From positions 2,441 through 66,440 of the forward strand of contig CAJGBW010000001.1 of assembly GCA_904501835.1 (NCBI GenBank): a DNA stretch of 64,000 nt. Direction: 5' to 3'. The position numbers and the translations under genes were made by a program. This document shows, piece by piece, positions 10,558-20,512 of this stretch; position 1 is the stretch's first letter; each line of letters begins with the position of its first letter. Source of the DNA: an uncultured Bacteroidales bacterium. Its GTDB lineage: Bacteria > Bacteroidota > Bacteroidia > Bacteroidales > UBA932. Below the pieces are notes generated by a model that did not search any database, was not told the DNA's origin, and saw only the letters and a program-made list of their open reading frames with translations.

Positions 10558-11178
10558 CTAAAACAAGGTCGGTTCAAGCTGCTTAAGGTGAAAACTTTTG
10601 CGATGGAGCGGCGTGAAGCCGTATTTTCGTATGGCTTCGATGTGGTCTTTGGTCGGGTAGCCCATATTTTTTGCCCATCCGTATTCGGGATATTCTTGCG
10701 CCAATTTTTCCATATATTCGTCGCGCCAGGTCTTGGCAAGGACGCTGGCGGCTGCAATGCTGGCGTAGGTGGCATCCCCTTTTACGACACATTGGTAAGG
10801 GTAGTTGTCAAAAGGGCGGAATCGATTGCCATCCACCAGAAGAAAATCAGGGCGTACGGCTAATTTTTGCACTGCGCGCTGCATGCCCGTCACCGAAGCC
10901 CAGAGTATGTTCATTTGGTCGATTTCCTGCTCGCTGACGGCTTCTACGGCCCACGCAACCGCCTCTTTTTCAATGATTTCTCGCAGCTGGTCCCGCTCCT
11001 TTCGCTTCATTTGTTTGGAGTCGTTCAGCAAGGGGTGATGGAAATCTTCCGGCAAAATGACCGCTGCGGCATAGACAGCGCCCACCAGCGGGCCACGTCC
11101 CGCCTCATCCAGGCCGGCTTCCAATCGCCCGCTTTGCATGCAGCTCAACAAATGCTTTTCTGATTCATTCTTTCCCAT
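10558..11178 (-). CDS. rnhB: Ribonuclease HII
   Basis: GLDEAGRGPL, LNDSK, VDGN, VKGDATYASIAAASVLAK, NMGYPT, HRKSF. Confidence 0.95.
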   Translation of the reverse strand: MGKNESEKHLLSCMQSGRLEAGLDEAGRGPLVGAVYAAAVILPEDFHHPLLNDSKQMKRKERDQLREIIEKEAVAWAVEAVSEQEIDQMNILWASVTGMQRAVQKLAVRPDFLLVDGNRFRPFDNYPYQCVVKGDATYASIAAASVLAKTWRDEYMEKLAQEYPEYGWAKNMGYPTKDHIEAIRKYGFTPLHRKSFHLKQLEPTLF

Positions 11179-11196
11179 ACGACAAATTTAATGGAA

Positions 11197-11472
11197 TTAT
11201 TCTAATTTTTTCAACTTTTGCACAAACTCCTCTCCGTGGTAGCCGAGCTCTTGGAAGAGGTAGCGGTCTAATGTGCGCCAGGATATACCCAGTGCGCGAC
11301 AATAATAGCGGAACGCCCCTTGTTTTGTGCTTCTTTTTCTCATCCGGCTATCCGCATCCTCGTTGCAGAGTCCGTCATTCTCCTTTTTTATAACCCGGGT
11401 GTAGAGCATTTCCAAGGCTTGTTCGTTGGAGGGGCGCTCCTTTCTGTGCCAACGTGTAAAAATAGTTCCCAT
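11197..11472 (-). CDS. Small hypothetical protein (91 aa), divergent from XRE regulator
   Basis: ATG-started ORF filling the gap above rnhB; helical C-terminus FRYYCRALGISWRTLDRYLFQELG. Confidence 0.55.
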   Translation of the reverse strand: MGTIFTRWHRKERPSNEQALEMLYTRVIKKENDGLCNEDADSRMRKRSTKQGAFRYYCRALGISWRTLDRYLFQELGYHGEEFVQKLKKLE

Positions 11473-11677
11473 TTCGTTTCGCTTTGTTTTTGCAAAGTTC
11501 CTTTTTTCGGTGATAGGTGTAAAATTTTTTACCTTGCAAATTCACAAAACGAAAAAGTTTTTCCGTTTTTATACCTTTTTTCTGCAAATGGGAAGAAAAA
11601 TTACACAAGAGGAAGAAATCTTACCTATTTGTGTCTTGACTGTCGGCATACTTTTGTACAAGTCAAATAAAAAGATT

Positions 11678-12133
11678 ATGTACAATTCCAGGATTAAGCA
11701 GAATATCCGCCAATGTCGTACTGAAAAGGGATATACACAGGGCCAGATGGCGGAAAAATTGGGCGTGGATGACAGAACCTACAAGTTGATTGAGTCGGAA
11801 AAGGGAACAAGAATGTTTTATGAGAGAATCGACGATATCGCTCGTATTTTGGACGTTCCCATAGATGCTTTGTTTTATGGAAATCAGCTGTCCGAAGAGG
11901 GCGCAGCATCTTATGGCGTCGAGTCTTCGTCTATGTTAAAAGAGGATAGGACAGCCTTGGAGCAGCAACTTGCCGATCTTCATCTGGAGCTCAGCGAGAA
12001 AGAGCAAAAGATAAAAGCCCTGCAACAGGAAGTCGCAAGGCTTGGGGGATGTATCGATGATAAGGATTATATCATCCGCCTCTTAAAGGCTGATTTATTG
12101 AAATACGAACAATCTTATTCCGCCTCCAAATAG
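11678..12133 (+). CDS. XRE-family HTH transcriptional regulator with C-terminal coiled coil
   Basis: NIRQCRTEKGYTQGQMAEKLGVDDRTYKLIE HTH; heptads LEQQLADLHLELSEKEQKIKALQQEV; ATG 11678 after A-rich leader. Confidence 0.8.
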   Translation: MYNSRIKQNIRQCRTEKGYTQGQMAEKLGVDDRTYKLIESEKGTRMFYERIDDIARILDVPIDALFYGNQLSEEGAASYGVESSSMLKEDRTALEQQLADLHLELSEKEQKIKALQQEVARLGGCIDDKDYIIRLLKADLLKYEQSYSASK

Positions 12134-14349
12134 AAAACGGCAGAGTCGTATGTATATTCCTGAACGGGGAGAATGCCGGAGTACATCAGGAAATCTCCGG
12201 TGTAACTCGCTCCGCTGCCTTTCCAACAGGATTTATCCACATTGAGTTCTTCTACTTTGTATTTGCGCGCGCCGTCCAAACCGTCCAATCTAATCTTGAA
12301 GGTTTTTTCGCCATGGTGATATCCGAGTGAGTAGGCAAATACCACGGCACGGCTTTTATCTGCCGATACATACATCAATGCGTAACGCTCGCTATCTTCA
12401 TACGGGCTAACCAAACGGTATAAATCGCCCTGGAAAATCAGGTCGCGATATTTCTCGTAGGATGCAATGCAGCGATCCACCAGCACCCTTTCTTTCTCGG
12501 TGAAATCTTTCGGCTGCAACTCCAGGCCCAGACGACCCGCACAGGCCACGTCAAAGCGGAATTTCAACGGCGTAACCAGTTTTGTCTGGTGGTTGGGTAC
12601 GGCTGAAACGTGTGCGCCCATGATGAACGGGGGATAGATCAGGCTCGTGCCATATTGAATCTTAACACGTGACAGGGCGTCGCTGTTGTCGCTGGTCCAG
12701 ACCTCGTTGAAATAGGCGAGCTGGCCGTATTCCACGCGGGAACCACCGGAAGAACAGCACTGAATCAAGGTGTCGGGATATTTTGCACGGATGCGCTGAA
12801 GTACTTTATAAAAACCCTGTACGTATTCAATGTAGAGGCGATCCTGGTCTTTCAGATAGGTGCTTCCGAAAGAGTGAATCATGCGGTTGCAATCCCATTT
12901 GATATAGTCGATTTTGTCGGACAGCTGCATCGTTCTGTCGAAAACGCCAAATACGAAATCCTGAACGGCAGGGTTGCTCAAATCCAAAATCCATTGCTGG
13001 CGGCTTTGGTAGTTCTCGCGTCCGGGGCTTTGAATCACCCAATCCGGATGCTGGTTCGCAAGGTTGCTGTTGGGGTTTACCATTTCCGGCTCAATCCAGA
13101 TTCCGAATTTCAAACCCTTCTCGTGTGCATAGTTGGCAATGTAATCAATGCCTTCGGGGAGTTTTTCGGTGTTCAATTCCCAATCGCCCAGTCCCGCGTG
13201 GTCGTCGTTGCGGGCATATTTGCCGTTGCCAAACCAGCCATCATCCAGCACGAACATTTCCAATCCCATGGCCGCCGCGTTGTCAATCATGCCGGTCAAA
13301 GTCGATGTGGTAAAATTGAAGTAAGCGCCCTCCCAACTGTTGAGCAAGGTCGGGTTAATCTTGCCGCCGCCATAGATACCATAATTGCGTCCCCAGCTGT
13401 GAAGATTGCGTGAGGCCTGTCCGGCACCTTTGCAGGAGAAGGTGTAAATCATATCCGGGGTGACAAAGCTCTCGCCGGCTTTTAATTGATAGGTAGAGGC
13501 ATGGGGATTGATGCCGCTGACAATGTTCAAGTCTCCTCTGTAATCTTTTTCAAAGGCCAATTTGAAGTTTCCGGACCAGGCAAGCGCGCCGGCAATGACC
13601 TCTCCTTTGTTTTCGCTGAATTCCTCCGTATCCAGGCTGATCATAAAAGCCGGGTTGTTATACTTGGTCGCAGAAGCTCCGATGCGTGTCTCAATCACCT
13701 TGACGTCTCGTCCGAGCAACTCGTTTTCCACCGTCATTTCCTCGGCCCATGAGCCATGGAAGTGTGTCAATAGGTATTTGTTGGCTTTCAGCTGCAATGC
13801 AGAAGACGCATAGTTAATCAGTTCAACCGCTTTTTTACCGCCGTTTGTGATTTCGCTGTGACAGACAATGACATCCTCTTTGGCATAGGCCTCATACACC
13901 AATTTGATCTGCAAATCGGTGATGGTATCTCTCAGGCAGACTTCAGTGACGGTTACATTGGCTTTCTGTGTCTGCTTGTGGCCGGCATAGAACAATTCGG
14001 TATTGTGGTCGCCATTGGCATATTTTACATGCAGGGCCTCTGTCGTGCCGACGTTTACACCGCCCACGGTCGGATAAGTCAAAAGCGCGCTCCCGTATCG
14101 TTTGCCGCTGGTATGGAGATAAAAATTTGTAAATTGTTCAACGTCTGTAATTTTTTGTCCATAATGAACGGTACGCAAGCTGCCATATACGTTTGCGTGC
14201 AAAATCAATTGCGTGTTCTCCGTCTCCACGGGAATTACGACAATTTTTTTCTCCGGAACCGGCGCAGGTTCCGTGGCTTTTTTCTTGGCCTCTGTGGGGA
14301 AAATGCAACATAGCAATGCGAGGCTTGCGAGAATGAGACTTCTTTTCAT
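12115..14349 (-). CDS. Secreted alpha-galactosidase, GH36
   Basis: Signal peptide; LLNSWEG, FVLDDGWFG, GLGDW, FGIWIEPEMVN, YIKWDCNR, CSSGG, WTSDNSD. Confidence 0.92.
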   Translation of the reverse strand: MKRSLILASLALLCCIFPTEAKKKATEPAPVPEKKIVVIPVETENTQLILHANVYGSLRTVHYGQKITDVEQFTNFYLHTSGKRYGSALLTYPTVGGVNVGTTEALHVKYANGDHNTELFYAGHKQTQKANVTVTEVCLRDTITDLQIKLVYEAYAKEDVIVCHSEITNGGKKAVELINYASSALQLKANKYLLTHFHGSWAEEMTVENELLGRDVKVIETRIGASATKYNNPAFMISLDTEEFSENKGEVIAGALAWSGNFKLAFEKDYRGDLNIVSGINPHASTYQLKAGESFVTPDMIYTFSCKGAGQASRNLHSWGRNYGIYGGGKINPTLLNSWEGAYFNFTTSTLTGMIDNAAAMGLEMFVLDDGWFGNGKYARNDDHAGLGDWELNTEKLPEGIDYIANYAHEKGLKFGIWIEPEMVNPNSNLANQHPDWVIQSPGRENYQSRQQWILDLSNPAVQDFVFGVFDRTMQLSDKIDYIKWDCNRMIHSFGSTYLKDQDRLYIEYVQGFYKVLQRIRAKYPDTLIQCCSSGGSRVEYGQLAYFNEVWTSDNSDALSRVKIQYGTSLIYPPFIMGAHVSAVPNHQTKLVTPLKFRFDVACAGRLGLELQPKDFTEKERVLVDRCIASYEKYRDLIFQGDLYRLVSPYEDSERYALMYVSADKSRAVVFAYSLGYHHGEKTFKIRLDGLDGARKYKVEELNVDKSCWKGSGASYTGDFLMYSGILPVQEYTYDSAVFYLEAE

Positions 14350-14350
14350 A

Positions 14351-15841
14351 TTAGGGTTGTTTAAGTGTTTTATCTTTCAATATAAAATAACAAGTGGCGG
14401 CATACAAAGCGAGCAGAATCGTGTGCAGGCCTGTTTTTGTCCAAAATGCGCCATTGAACGAAAGGCTTTCAGCTTGGGGAAACCACGCGTTGTCTATCCA
14501 TTGCGATAGCGCAAAACAGCCGCCCATCACGACGAAAAACAAGGCAATTTTTCGCCAGTTATAAGGAATGGGGTAGTATTTGGCACCCAACGCAGCGCTG
14601 ATGATGAACATGGCGAGGTAACTGGCCAAATGGCCGTAAGCGGAGGCCCAATAAGAGAAACGGGGCATAAAGAGCACATTTACCAATGCGGTAATGAGCA
14701 AGCCGCTCAAGGTAATCCAAATCGCCATGGAGGTTTTCCCGGAGAGTTTGTACCACATGGAGACGTTGAAATTCATGCCCAGAATCATATAGGATAGCAA
14801 CATAATGGGCACGATGCCGATTCCTGCACGAAAATCACGGCCAAGAATGAGCGAAATGAAATCCATATAAAGCATCACGCCCAGGAAAATCAGTCCGCAA
14901 AATGCAACGAACCAGTTCATGACGCGCGCATAGAGCTGGGGCGAATTTTTATCGGCAGCCCGCTGGAAGAAGAAAGGCTCGGCGGCAAAACGGAACATCT
15001 GGATAAAGAGGTTCATGATGACGGCCAGCTTGACAGAGGCTTGGAAAATGCCCAACGAGGCGCGCCATCCCTCTGGGTTGTTGTCAAGGAAGCGAAACAG
15101 GATGCGATCGAGAAAATCGTTGAAAATACCCGGAAGGGCGGCAATCATCAGCGGCAGGGAGTAGAGCAACATCTGGCGCAACAATTTCCCGTCAAGGCGC
15201 AATGACATTTTTGCGAAATCCGGCAAAAACAACAACGCGCAGACAACGCAACTGACGAAAATAGCAAAAATGACGTAGCTGAAATCCGGTGTGCGCGATA
15301 CGAAATGGTAAATCCATTCGGGCTTTTGGGGAGCCAAAAACAAATAAAGATTGGCACCGGTTTCGCTCAAAATTTTGGCCGTCTTGAGGATGGCAAATTT
15401 CAAGGGTTTGTGCTCCTGACGCAGTTTGGCAAAGAGAATGGCGGTAACGCTGTCCAGCAGCAGAATGCCACCCATATAAATCAGGCATTGGGCGTGCCCC
15501 ACATACCCCATCAGTGCAGAAAGCGGTTCGGCAAAGGCAAGCAGCACAGCAAAAAAAGCCGCGTTGAGACCCAGCACCGCCCAAAACGCATTGGAATAAA
15601 CCTTCGAAGAATTTATGCCCTCTTTGTTGGCAAACCGGAAGCAGCCTGTTTCCAGACCCAGGACCAAGACAACTTGGAGGACAGCAATGTAGGCAAGAAA
15701 TTCGGTGACAACACCATAACTTTCAGGCGTCAGCAGCCGCGTGTAAAACGGGACAAAAAGGAAATTGATGACGCGCGCGAGTATGGTACTCAGGCCATAA
15801 ATCGCGGTTTCTCCTGCCAATTGTTTTAGGGGACTTGCCAT
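14351..15841 (-). CDS. Polysaccharide biosynthesis protein / Wzx-like MOP flippase
   Basis: LKQLAGETAIYGLSTILARVINFLFVPFYT start, many TM helices, QMFRFAAEPFFF. Confidence 0.85.
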   Translation of the reverse strand: MASPLKQLAGETAIYGLSTILARVINFLFVPFYTRLLTPESYGVVTEFLAYIAVLQVVLVLGLETGCFRFANKEGINSSKVYSNAFWAVLGLNAAFFAVLLAFAEPLSALMGYVGHAQCLIYMGGILLLDSVTAILFAKLRQEHKPLKFAILKTAKILSETGANLYLFLAPQKPEWIYHFVSRTPDFSYVIFAIFVSCVVCALLFLPDFAKMSLRLDGKLLRQMLLYSLPLMIAALPGIFNDFLDRILFRFLDNNPEGWRASLGIFQASVKLAVIMNLFIQMFRFAAEPFFFQRAADKNSPQLYARVMNWFVAFCGLIFLGVMLYMDFISLILGRDFRAGIGIVPIMLLSYMILGMNFNVSMWYKLSGKTSMAIWITLSGLLITALVNVLFMPRFSYWASAYGHLASYLAMFIISAALGAKYYPIPYNWRKIALFFVVMGGCFALSQWIDNAWFPQAESLSFNGAFWTKTGLHTILLALYAATCYFILKDKTLKQP

Positions 15842-15913
15842 CTCGCTTTTTGTAAATTTACGCGCAATAAAACGCAAATCTACAAAAAACGACTCATATC
15901 GACAAGCGCAGTT

Positions 15914-16711
15914 TTAAGATTTACCGAGTTGAATTACAAAAAGTTCGTCAGTGTTGTCATCTACGCGAAAACGGATGTTCCAGCCGCCATAGCTTAAGCC
16001 GTAAAGCTTTTCATTGTCAGATTGGTACGAGGGTCGCGGGTCCAGCGATAAAATTTCTTCAATCTGCTCACGAATATCTTCGCTCGGGGCCTCGTCCGCC
16101 GCGCGATTCCCACCTTCGCTCGCGTCCGCTTCTTCCGGCCAAACAACGCGCAGCTTTTTTTCTTTTACCTCTTTCAACCAGCCACAATCGGCGTCAGGAT
16201 GACTGTCGCTGTAAGGAATATAGGGTTTGATGTCGTAAATGGGCGTTCCGTCCACCAAATCTGCGCCGGCCACTTCCAACAAAGGACCGTCGGGAGATTG
16301 CTCGATGACACGCAGTAAGCGCACGGAAGAGAGCCCGATGGGGTTTGGTCGGAAAGTCGAGCGGGTGGCAAACACGCCCATCCGCTTGTTCCCGCCCAAA
16401 CGTGGCGGTCGCACCGTTGCCTGCCACGTCATAGCGCCACCCGTCCCGCTCGCACCATCGGCCGCGCCACCCGCTTCCGCGCAACTTGCTCCGCCCGCGC
16501 AGCTCTGGCTTTCGCGGCAACTGCTTCCGTTTTCGGAAAATTCCCAAATCAGCCAGATCCAATCGAAACCCTCCAATCCACGCAGGGCCTCCGCGCGGCG
16601 AAATTCCGGTTCGAAAACCACTACGCCCCGTGTGTGCGGGGCGAGTGAACTTTGTCGAGGCACCCCAAATTTTTCAGCAAAAGGAGTGCGTATGCGAGCA
16701 ATGACTTTCAT
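15914..16711 (-). CDS. tsaA: tRNA m6t6A37 methyltransferase TrmO
   Basis: EKFGVPRQ, TVRPPRLGGNKRMGVFATRSTFRPNPIGLS, ADLVDGTPIYDIKPY, DPRPSY. Confidence 0.9.
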   Translation of the reverse strand: MKVIARIRTPFAEKFGVPRQSSLAPHTRGVVVFEPEFRRAEALRGLEGFDWIWLIWEFSENGSSCRESQSCAGGASCAEAGGAADGASGTGGAMTWQATVRPPRLGGNKRMGVFATRSTFRPNPIGLSSVRLLRVIEQSPDGPLLEVAGADLVDGTPIYDIKPYIPYSDSHPDADCGWLKEVKEKKLRVVWPEEADASEGGNRAADEAPSEDIREQIEEILSLDPRPSYQSDNEKLYGLSYGGWNIRFRVDDNTDELFVIQLGKS

Positions 16712-16717
16712 GTCTTT

Positions 16718-18766
16718 TTAAGAATGTAAGATGGTTTCTCCGTCTTTCATATTGACCGTGATGATAGAATCCCTGCGAACACTTCCGTCCAGGATGGCCG
16801 TTGCAATCTGGTTGATTAACTCCCTCTGCAACAGACGTTTAATCGGTCGTGCGCCATATTGAGGATCATATCCCTTGGTGCTCAAATAATGGTCAAAGGC
16901 GTCGGTGAAGACAATGCGGATGCCGCTTTCGTCCAACTTGCGGGCCAGGTCGGCCTCCTGAATGTGCAGAATCTCCAAAATGTCCGCCTGTGTCAGCGCA
17001 GAGAATACGATGATTTCATCGATACGGTTCAAAAATTCCGGTCGCATTGCGGCTTTCAACTCCTCCTCCCGAAGGTTGGAAGTCATGATCAGAATGGTGT
17101 TCTTGAAATCCACCGTACGCCCCTTGTTGTCAGTCAGACGTCCGTCATCCAAGACCTGCAGCAAGATATTGAACACATCCGGATGGGCTTTCTCAATCTC
17201 ATCCAACAAAATTACCGAATAGGGCTTGCGGCGCACGGCCTCGGTCAGTTGTCCGCCCTCATCGTAGCCCACGTATCCCGGAGGCGCACCCACCAGTCGG
17301 CTGACGGAATGGCGTTCCTGATACTCGCTCATATCGATGCGGGTAATCATATTCTCGTCGTTGAACAAAAATTCAGCAAGTGCTTTGGCCAACTCCGTTT
17401 TTCCCACGCCGGTCGTTCCCAAAAAGAGGAATGAGCCAATCGGCCTTTTCTCGTTCTGCAAACCGGCGCGCGAACGGCGTACCGCATTGCTTACCGCCGA
17501 AATGGCTGCATCCTGTCCCACCACACGTTTGTGCAGCAGGTCTTCCATTTTCAGGAGTTTATCTTTTTCACTTTCCAACATTTTGCTGACCGGAATCCCT
17601 GTCCATTTGGCCACAACCTCGGCGATATCGGAAGGTCTGACCGCCTCAGTGATAATCGGGTCCGTAATTTCGGCCTGTTTTTTCAGCAGTTGCTCGATTT
17701 CATTTTGCGCCGCCGTCAATCGGCCGTAACGGATTTCCGCCACTTTGCCGTAGTCGCCCTGCCTTTCCGCATTTTTGGCGGCAAGATGCAACTCCTCTAT
17801 TTCTTCGCGTGCCTTCTGCAAAGCGGTGATGATGCTCTTTTCCTCGTTCCAGCGACTCATAAGCCCATCTTTCTCCTTTTGCAGAGTCTTCAATTCCTCC
17901 TTGATTTTATCCAATTTGGAACTCACTCCCTCGCGTTTGATGGCTGCCTTTTCAATCTCTTTTTGGCGAATGGCGCTCTCCAACTCCGCAATCGGCTCCG
18001 GAACGGAATTCATTTCCAGACGCAGTTTGGAAGCCGCTTCGTCCACGAGGTCAATGGCTTTATCCGGCAAAAATCGGCTGGTGATATAGCGGTGAGACAA
18101 TTCCACCGCCGCAATCAATGCGTCATCCTCGATGCGAACTTTGTGGTGGTTCTCATAACGCTCTTTCAGTCCTCGCATAATGGCGATGGATTCGGCCGGC
18201 GTCGGCTCATCCACCATAACCATTTGGAAACGACGCTCCAGCGCCTTGTCGCTTTCAAAATACTTTTGATACTCGTCCAAGGTCGTAGAGCCGATGGTGC
18301 GCAATTCACCGCGCGCCAAAGCCGGTTTCAAAATGTTGGACGCGTCCATCGCACCGGAGGAACGACCGGCGCCGACCAAAGTGTGGATTTCGTCGATGAA
18401 CAAAATGATTTGTCCGTCGCTCTCCACGACCTCCTTGACCACGCCTTTCAAACGCTCCTCAAATTCACCCTGATATTTTGCACCCGCAATGAGCGCACCC
18501 AAGTCCAGAGAATAGATGCGTTTGGATTTGAGGTTTTCCGGCACCTGGCCGTCGATTATCTTTTGTGCAATCCCCTCGCTGATGGCGGTCTTACCGACAC
18601 CCGGCTCGCCCACGAGGATGGGATTGTTCTTGGTTCTTCGTGATAAGATTTGAAGAACCCTTCTGATTTCGTCGTCCCTGCCGATGACAGGGTCTAATTT
18701 TCCTTGTGAAGCCCTCTCGCAGAGGTTCACAGCAAATTTCTGTAAATTTTCCAGTTTGTTCTCCAT
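16718..18766 (-). CDS. clpB: ClpB-type AAA+ disaggregase lacking the N-terminal domain
   Basis: Starts just before [14 protein letters not shown]; two Walker A motifs ([16 protein letters not shown]), coiled-coil M domain (AEIRYG), [22 protein letters not shown]. Confidence 0.9.
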   Translation of the reverse strand: MENKLENLQKFAVNLCERASQGKLDPVIGRDDEIRRVLQILSRRTKNNPILVGEPGVGKTAISEGIAQKIIDGQVPENLKSKRIYSLDLGALIAGAKYQGEFEERLKGVVKEVVESDGQIILFIDEIHTLVGAGRSSGAMDASNILKPALARGELRTIGSTTLDEYQKYFESDKALERRFQMVMVDEPTPAESIAIMRGLKERYENHHKVRIEDDALIAAVELSHRYITSRFLPDKAIDLVDEAASKLRLEMNSVPEPIAELESAIRQKEIEKAAIKREGVSSKLDKIKEELKTLQKEKDGLMSRWNEEKSIITALQKAREEIEELHLAAKNAERQGDYGKVAEIRYGRLTAAQNEIEQLLKKQAEITDPIITEAVRPSDIAEVVAKWTGIPVSKMLESEKDKLLKMEDLLHKRVVGQDAAISAVSNAVRRSRAGLQNEKRPIGSFLFLGTTGVGKTELAKALAEFLFNDENMITRIDMSEYQERHSVSRLVGAPPGYVGYDEGGQLTEAVRRKPYSVILLDEIEKAHPDVFNILLQVLDDGRLTDNKGRTVDFKNTILIMTSNLREEELKAAMRPEFLNRIDEIIVFSALTQADILEILHIQEADLARKLDESGIRIVFTDAFDHYLSTKGYDPQYGARPIKRLLQRELINQIATAILDGSVRRDSIITVNMKDGETILHS

Positions 18767-18815
18767 AATAATAAACCGCCACCGCAGATTAGTTGCGATG
18801 ACGGTTTATATACTC

Positions 18816-18856
18816 TCAAACTTTATTCCAGCGGTAAAAATTATGACAAAATGTCA
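18816..18856 (-). promoter_or_regulatory. Candidate sigma54-like promoter plus upstream inverted repeat for clpB
   Basis: Minus strand TGGAATAAAGTTTGA (18830-18816, GG-N10-GA) and TGACA-AAA-TGTCA palindrome (18844-18856). Confidence 0.45.
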
Positions 18857-18892
18857 GTATTTCCGCCGAAAAAGCCTTGCCCTTTTGCCGAA

Positions 18893-19252
18893 TTAATTCT
18901 GCGCGGGAAGGGTTACGGTGAGGCTGTCTCCGGCAGGAGTGCTGGGAACTTCAAACTCAGGAACCTGCTCAGTACCAATGTTTTCAATGTCTTTGGTGAT
19001 GTCGTCTCCACTCTTTCCGGAAGTGCCGGTCGTGAAAGAAGCCACGATGGTAATCACAAAGATAATGACAACCAAGCCCCAAGTGATTTTCTCAAGGATG
19101 TCTGCAGTCTGGCGAACACCAAAAGTCTGGTTGCCGGCGGTGAAGTTGCTGGCAAGTCCGCCTCCCTTTCCGTTCTGAAGCAATACTGCAATAGTGAGCA
19201 ATACGCTGGCTATCAAAGCGATAACGGTAAGAATGATAAATAATACGTTCAT
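18893..19252 (-). CDS. secG: Preprotein translocase subunit SecG
   Basis: VLLQNGKGGGLASNF, FGVRQTADILEKITW; two TM helices. Confidence 0.92.
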   Translation of the reverse strand: MNVLFIILTVIALIASVLLTIAVLLQNGKGGGLASNFTAGNQTFGVRQTADILEKITWGLVVIIFVITIVASFTTGTSGKSGDDITKDIENIGTEQVPEFEVPSTPAGDSLTVTLPAQN

Positions 19253-19256
19253 ATTT

Positions 19257-19784
19257 TTAACTGTTTAATTTTTCAATAAGGGCTGCAAAGTAAGCACTTT
19301 TTTTGGGATATGCCAAAATTAGTTTCTCGTAAATCTCCTTTGCCTGAGTGATATAGCCTTGTTCGGCGTAGATTTGCGCCAAGGTTTCCGTGATGTAATC
19401 GATGGGAATTTGCGCGATTTCTTGCGGATCTCCTTTTTCGTGGGTGATGCCCATGCCCATTCTTTTGAATACATCGCCATCGTCGTCTTTCACCTTGTCG
19501 TAATCCTCGCGTGAGAAGAAATCTCCACCGGCTACTCGTTTTTTACGTGTCGGTTGGGGCGGAGTGATGTTTTGGGCCTCGGGTGCCTGAAGGGCTGTGA
19601 CCAACGGGCGCAAAATCGCAGGGTCGGAAATATGAAGCAAGGTGTTTGCCAGCTCATCTTTTGACCAGCCTCCGACTTCAATGAGGCGTCGGCACAACAT
19701 CGCGCGGGCGGCAGAAAACCACGGGTAGATATTCACCAACCCGGAGAGTTCTTCCAACGACATTTGATCCAATGCTTTTTTCAT
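19257..19784 (-). CDS. Conserved TPR-like hypothetical protein
   Basis: YPWF near N-terminus; C-terminal TETLAQIYAEQG...IYEKLILAYPKKSAYFA, typical of the gene between lptE and secG. Confidence 0.75.
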   Translation of the reverse strand: MKKALDQMSLEELSGLVNIYPWFSAARAMLCRRLIEVGGWSKDELANTLLHISDPAILRPLVTALQAPEAQNITPPQPTRKKRVAGGDFFSREDYDKVKDDDGDVFKRMGMGITHEKGDPQEIAQIPIDYITETLAQIYAEQGYITQAKEIYEKLILAYPKKSAYFAALIEKLNS

Positions 19785-19818
19785 TTTTCCTATTATTTAT
19801 ATGTATGTAGGCGCGTGG

Positions 19819-20325
19819 CTACCAATTAGCGACCGATGCGTTGAAGATATCCTCTATCAATTTTTCCGTAATCTCTTCGCAGAGAGAGCTTTCTACCGCA
19901 TCAAGAGAGTTCTGGGAGTCGTAGTCTGCATAAGCGGAGAAAGACTTTTCAAAGTCGTCCTCGCTGTGCTTGCGATTGATGAAATAGACCTTTACTGATA
20001 CGGTCAAACGGTTTTGTGCAGCCACCTCATCGGCGGTTACAGCCGTGGCTTTCACGTCATATCCGGTAATCTCGGCGGAAAGTTCCAAATCTCCGTTTTC
20101 TTCAACCTGTTCCAAAGTGGTAAGCTTCTGGAATTTGTCCCGCATGGCTTCCGTTAGTTGGTTGCTCAGCATGGGATTCACGCGCAGAGCCTTGTATTCA
20201 AAATAGTTGATGGTCACCGTCTCTACGTCGGGTTGAATCGAGGTTCCCGTAAAGGAATAGATACCACAGCCATTCAGAATGAAAGCCGCGAGAATGAAAA
20301 GAATCCACTTTATTTGTCTTGCCAT
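19819..20325 (-). CDS. lptE: LptE family lipoprotein
   Basis: Lipobox LNGC-GIYSFTG; NRLTVSVKVYF; LIEDIFNASVANW. Confidence 0.8.
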   Translation of the reverse strand: MARQIKWILFILAAFILNGCGIYSFTGTSIQPDVETVTINYFEYKALRVNPMLSNQLTEAMRDKFQKLTTLEQVEENGDLELSAEITGYDVKATAVTADEVAAQNRLTVSVKVYFINRKHSEDDFEKSFSAYADYDSQNSLDAVESSLCEEITEKLIEDIFNASVANW

Positions 20326-20512
20326 ATTCCTTTTTCTTTTAATATTTTGACCTTTCGGTAAACGGTTCTGTCGGATAGCCCGAGTTCTTTTGCAACCTTG
20401 CTTCTGTTTCCGCCGTGTCGCAAGAGAGAAGCGGCGATTTTCTGAAGCGCATCGTCGGCCAATGTGCTGATGCCGGCCTCGTCGATATTTACAGTCTCAA
20501 ATAATTTTCGTC
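20310..20512 (-). pseudogene. Out-of-frame Fis-type HTH tail of the sigma54-dependent regulator
   Basis: -1 frame reads KLFETVNIDEAGISTLADDALQKIAASLLRHGGNRSKVAKELGLSDRTVYRKVKILKEKGIWQDK*; stop overlaps the lptE start. Confidence 0.8.

Noticed and set aside
11426..11677. N-terminal extension of the XRE regulator in the ORF track
   Set aside because: Overlaps the divergent ORF and the AT-rich intergenic region; the HTH begins right after ATG 11678
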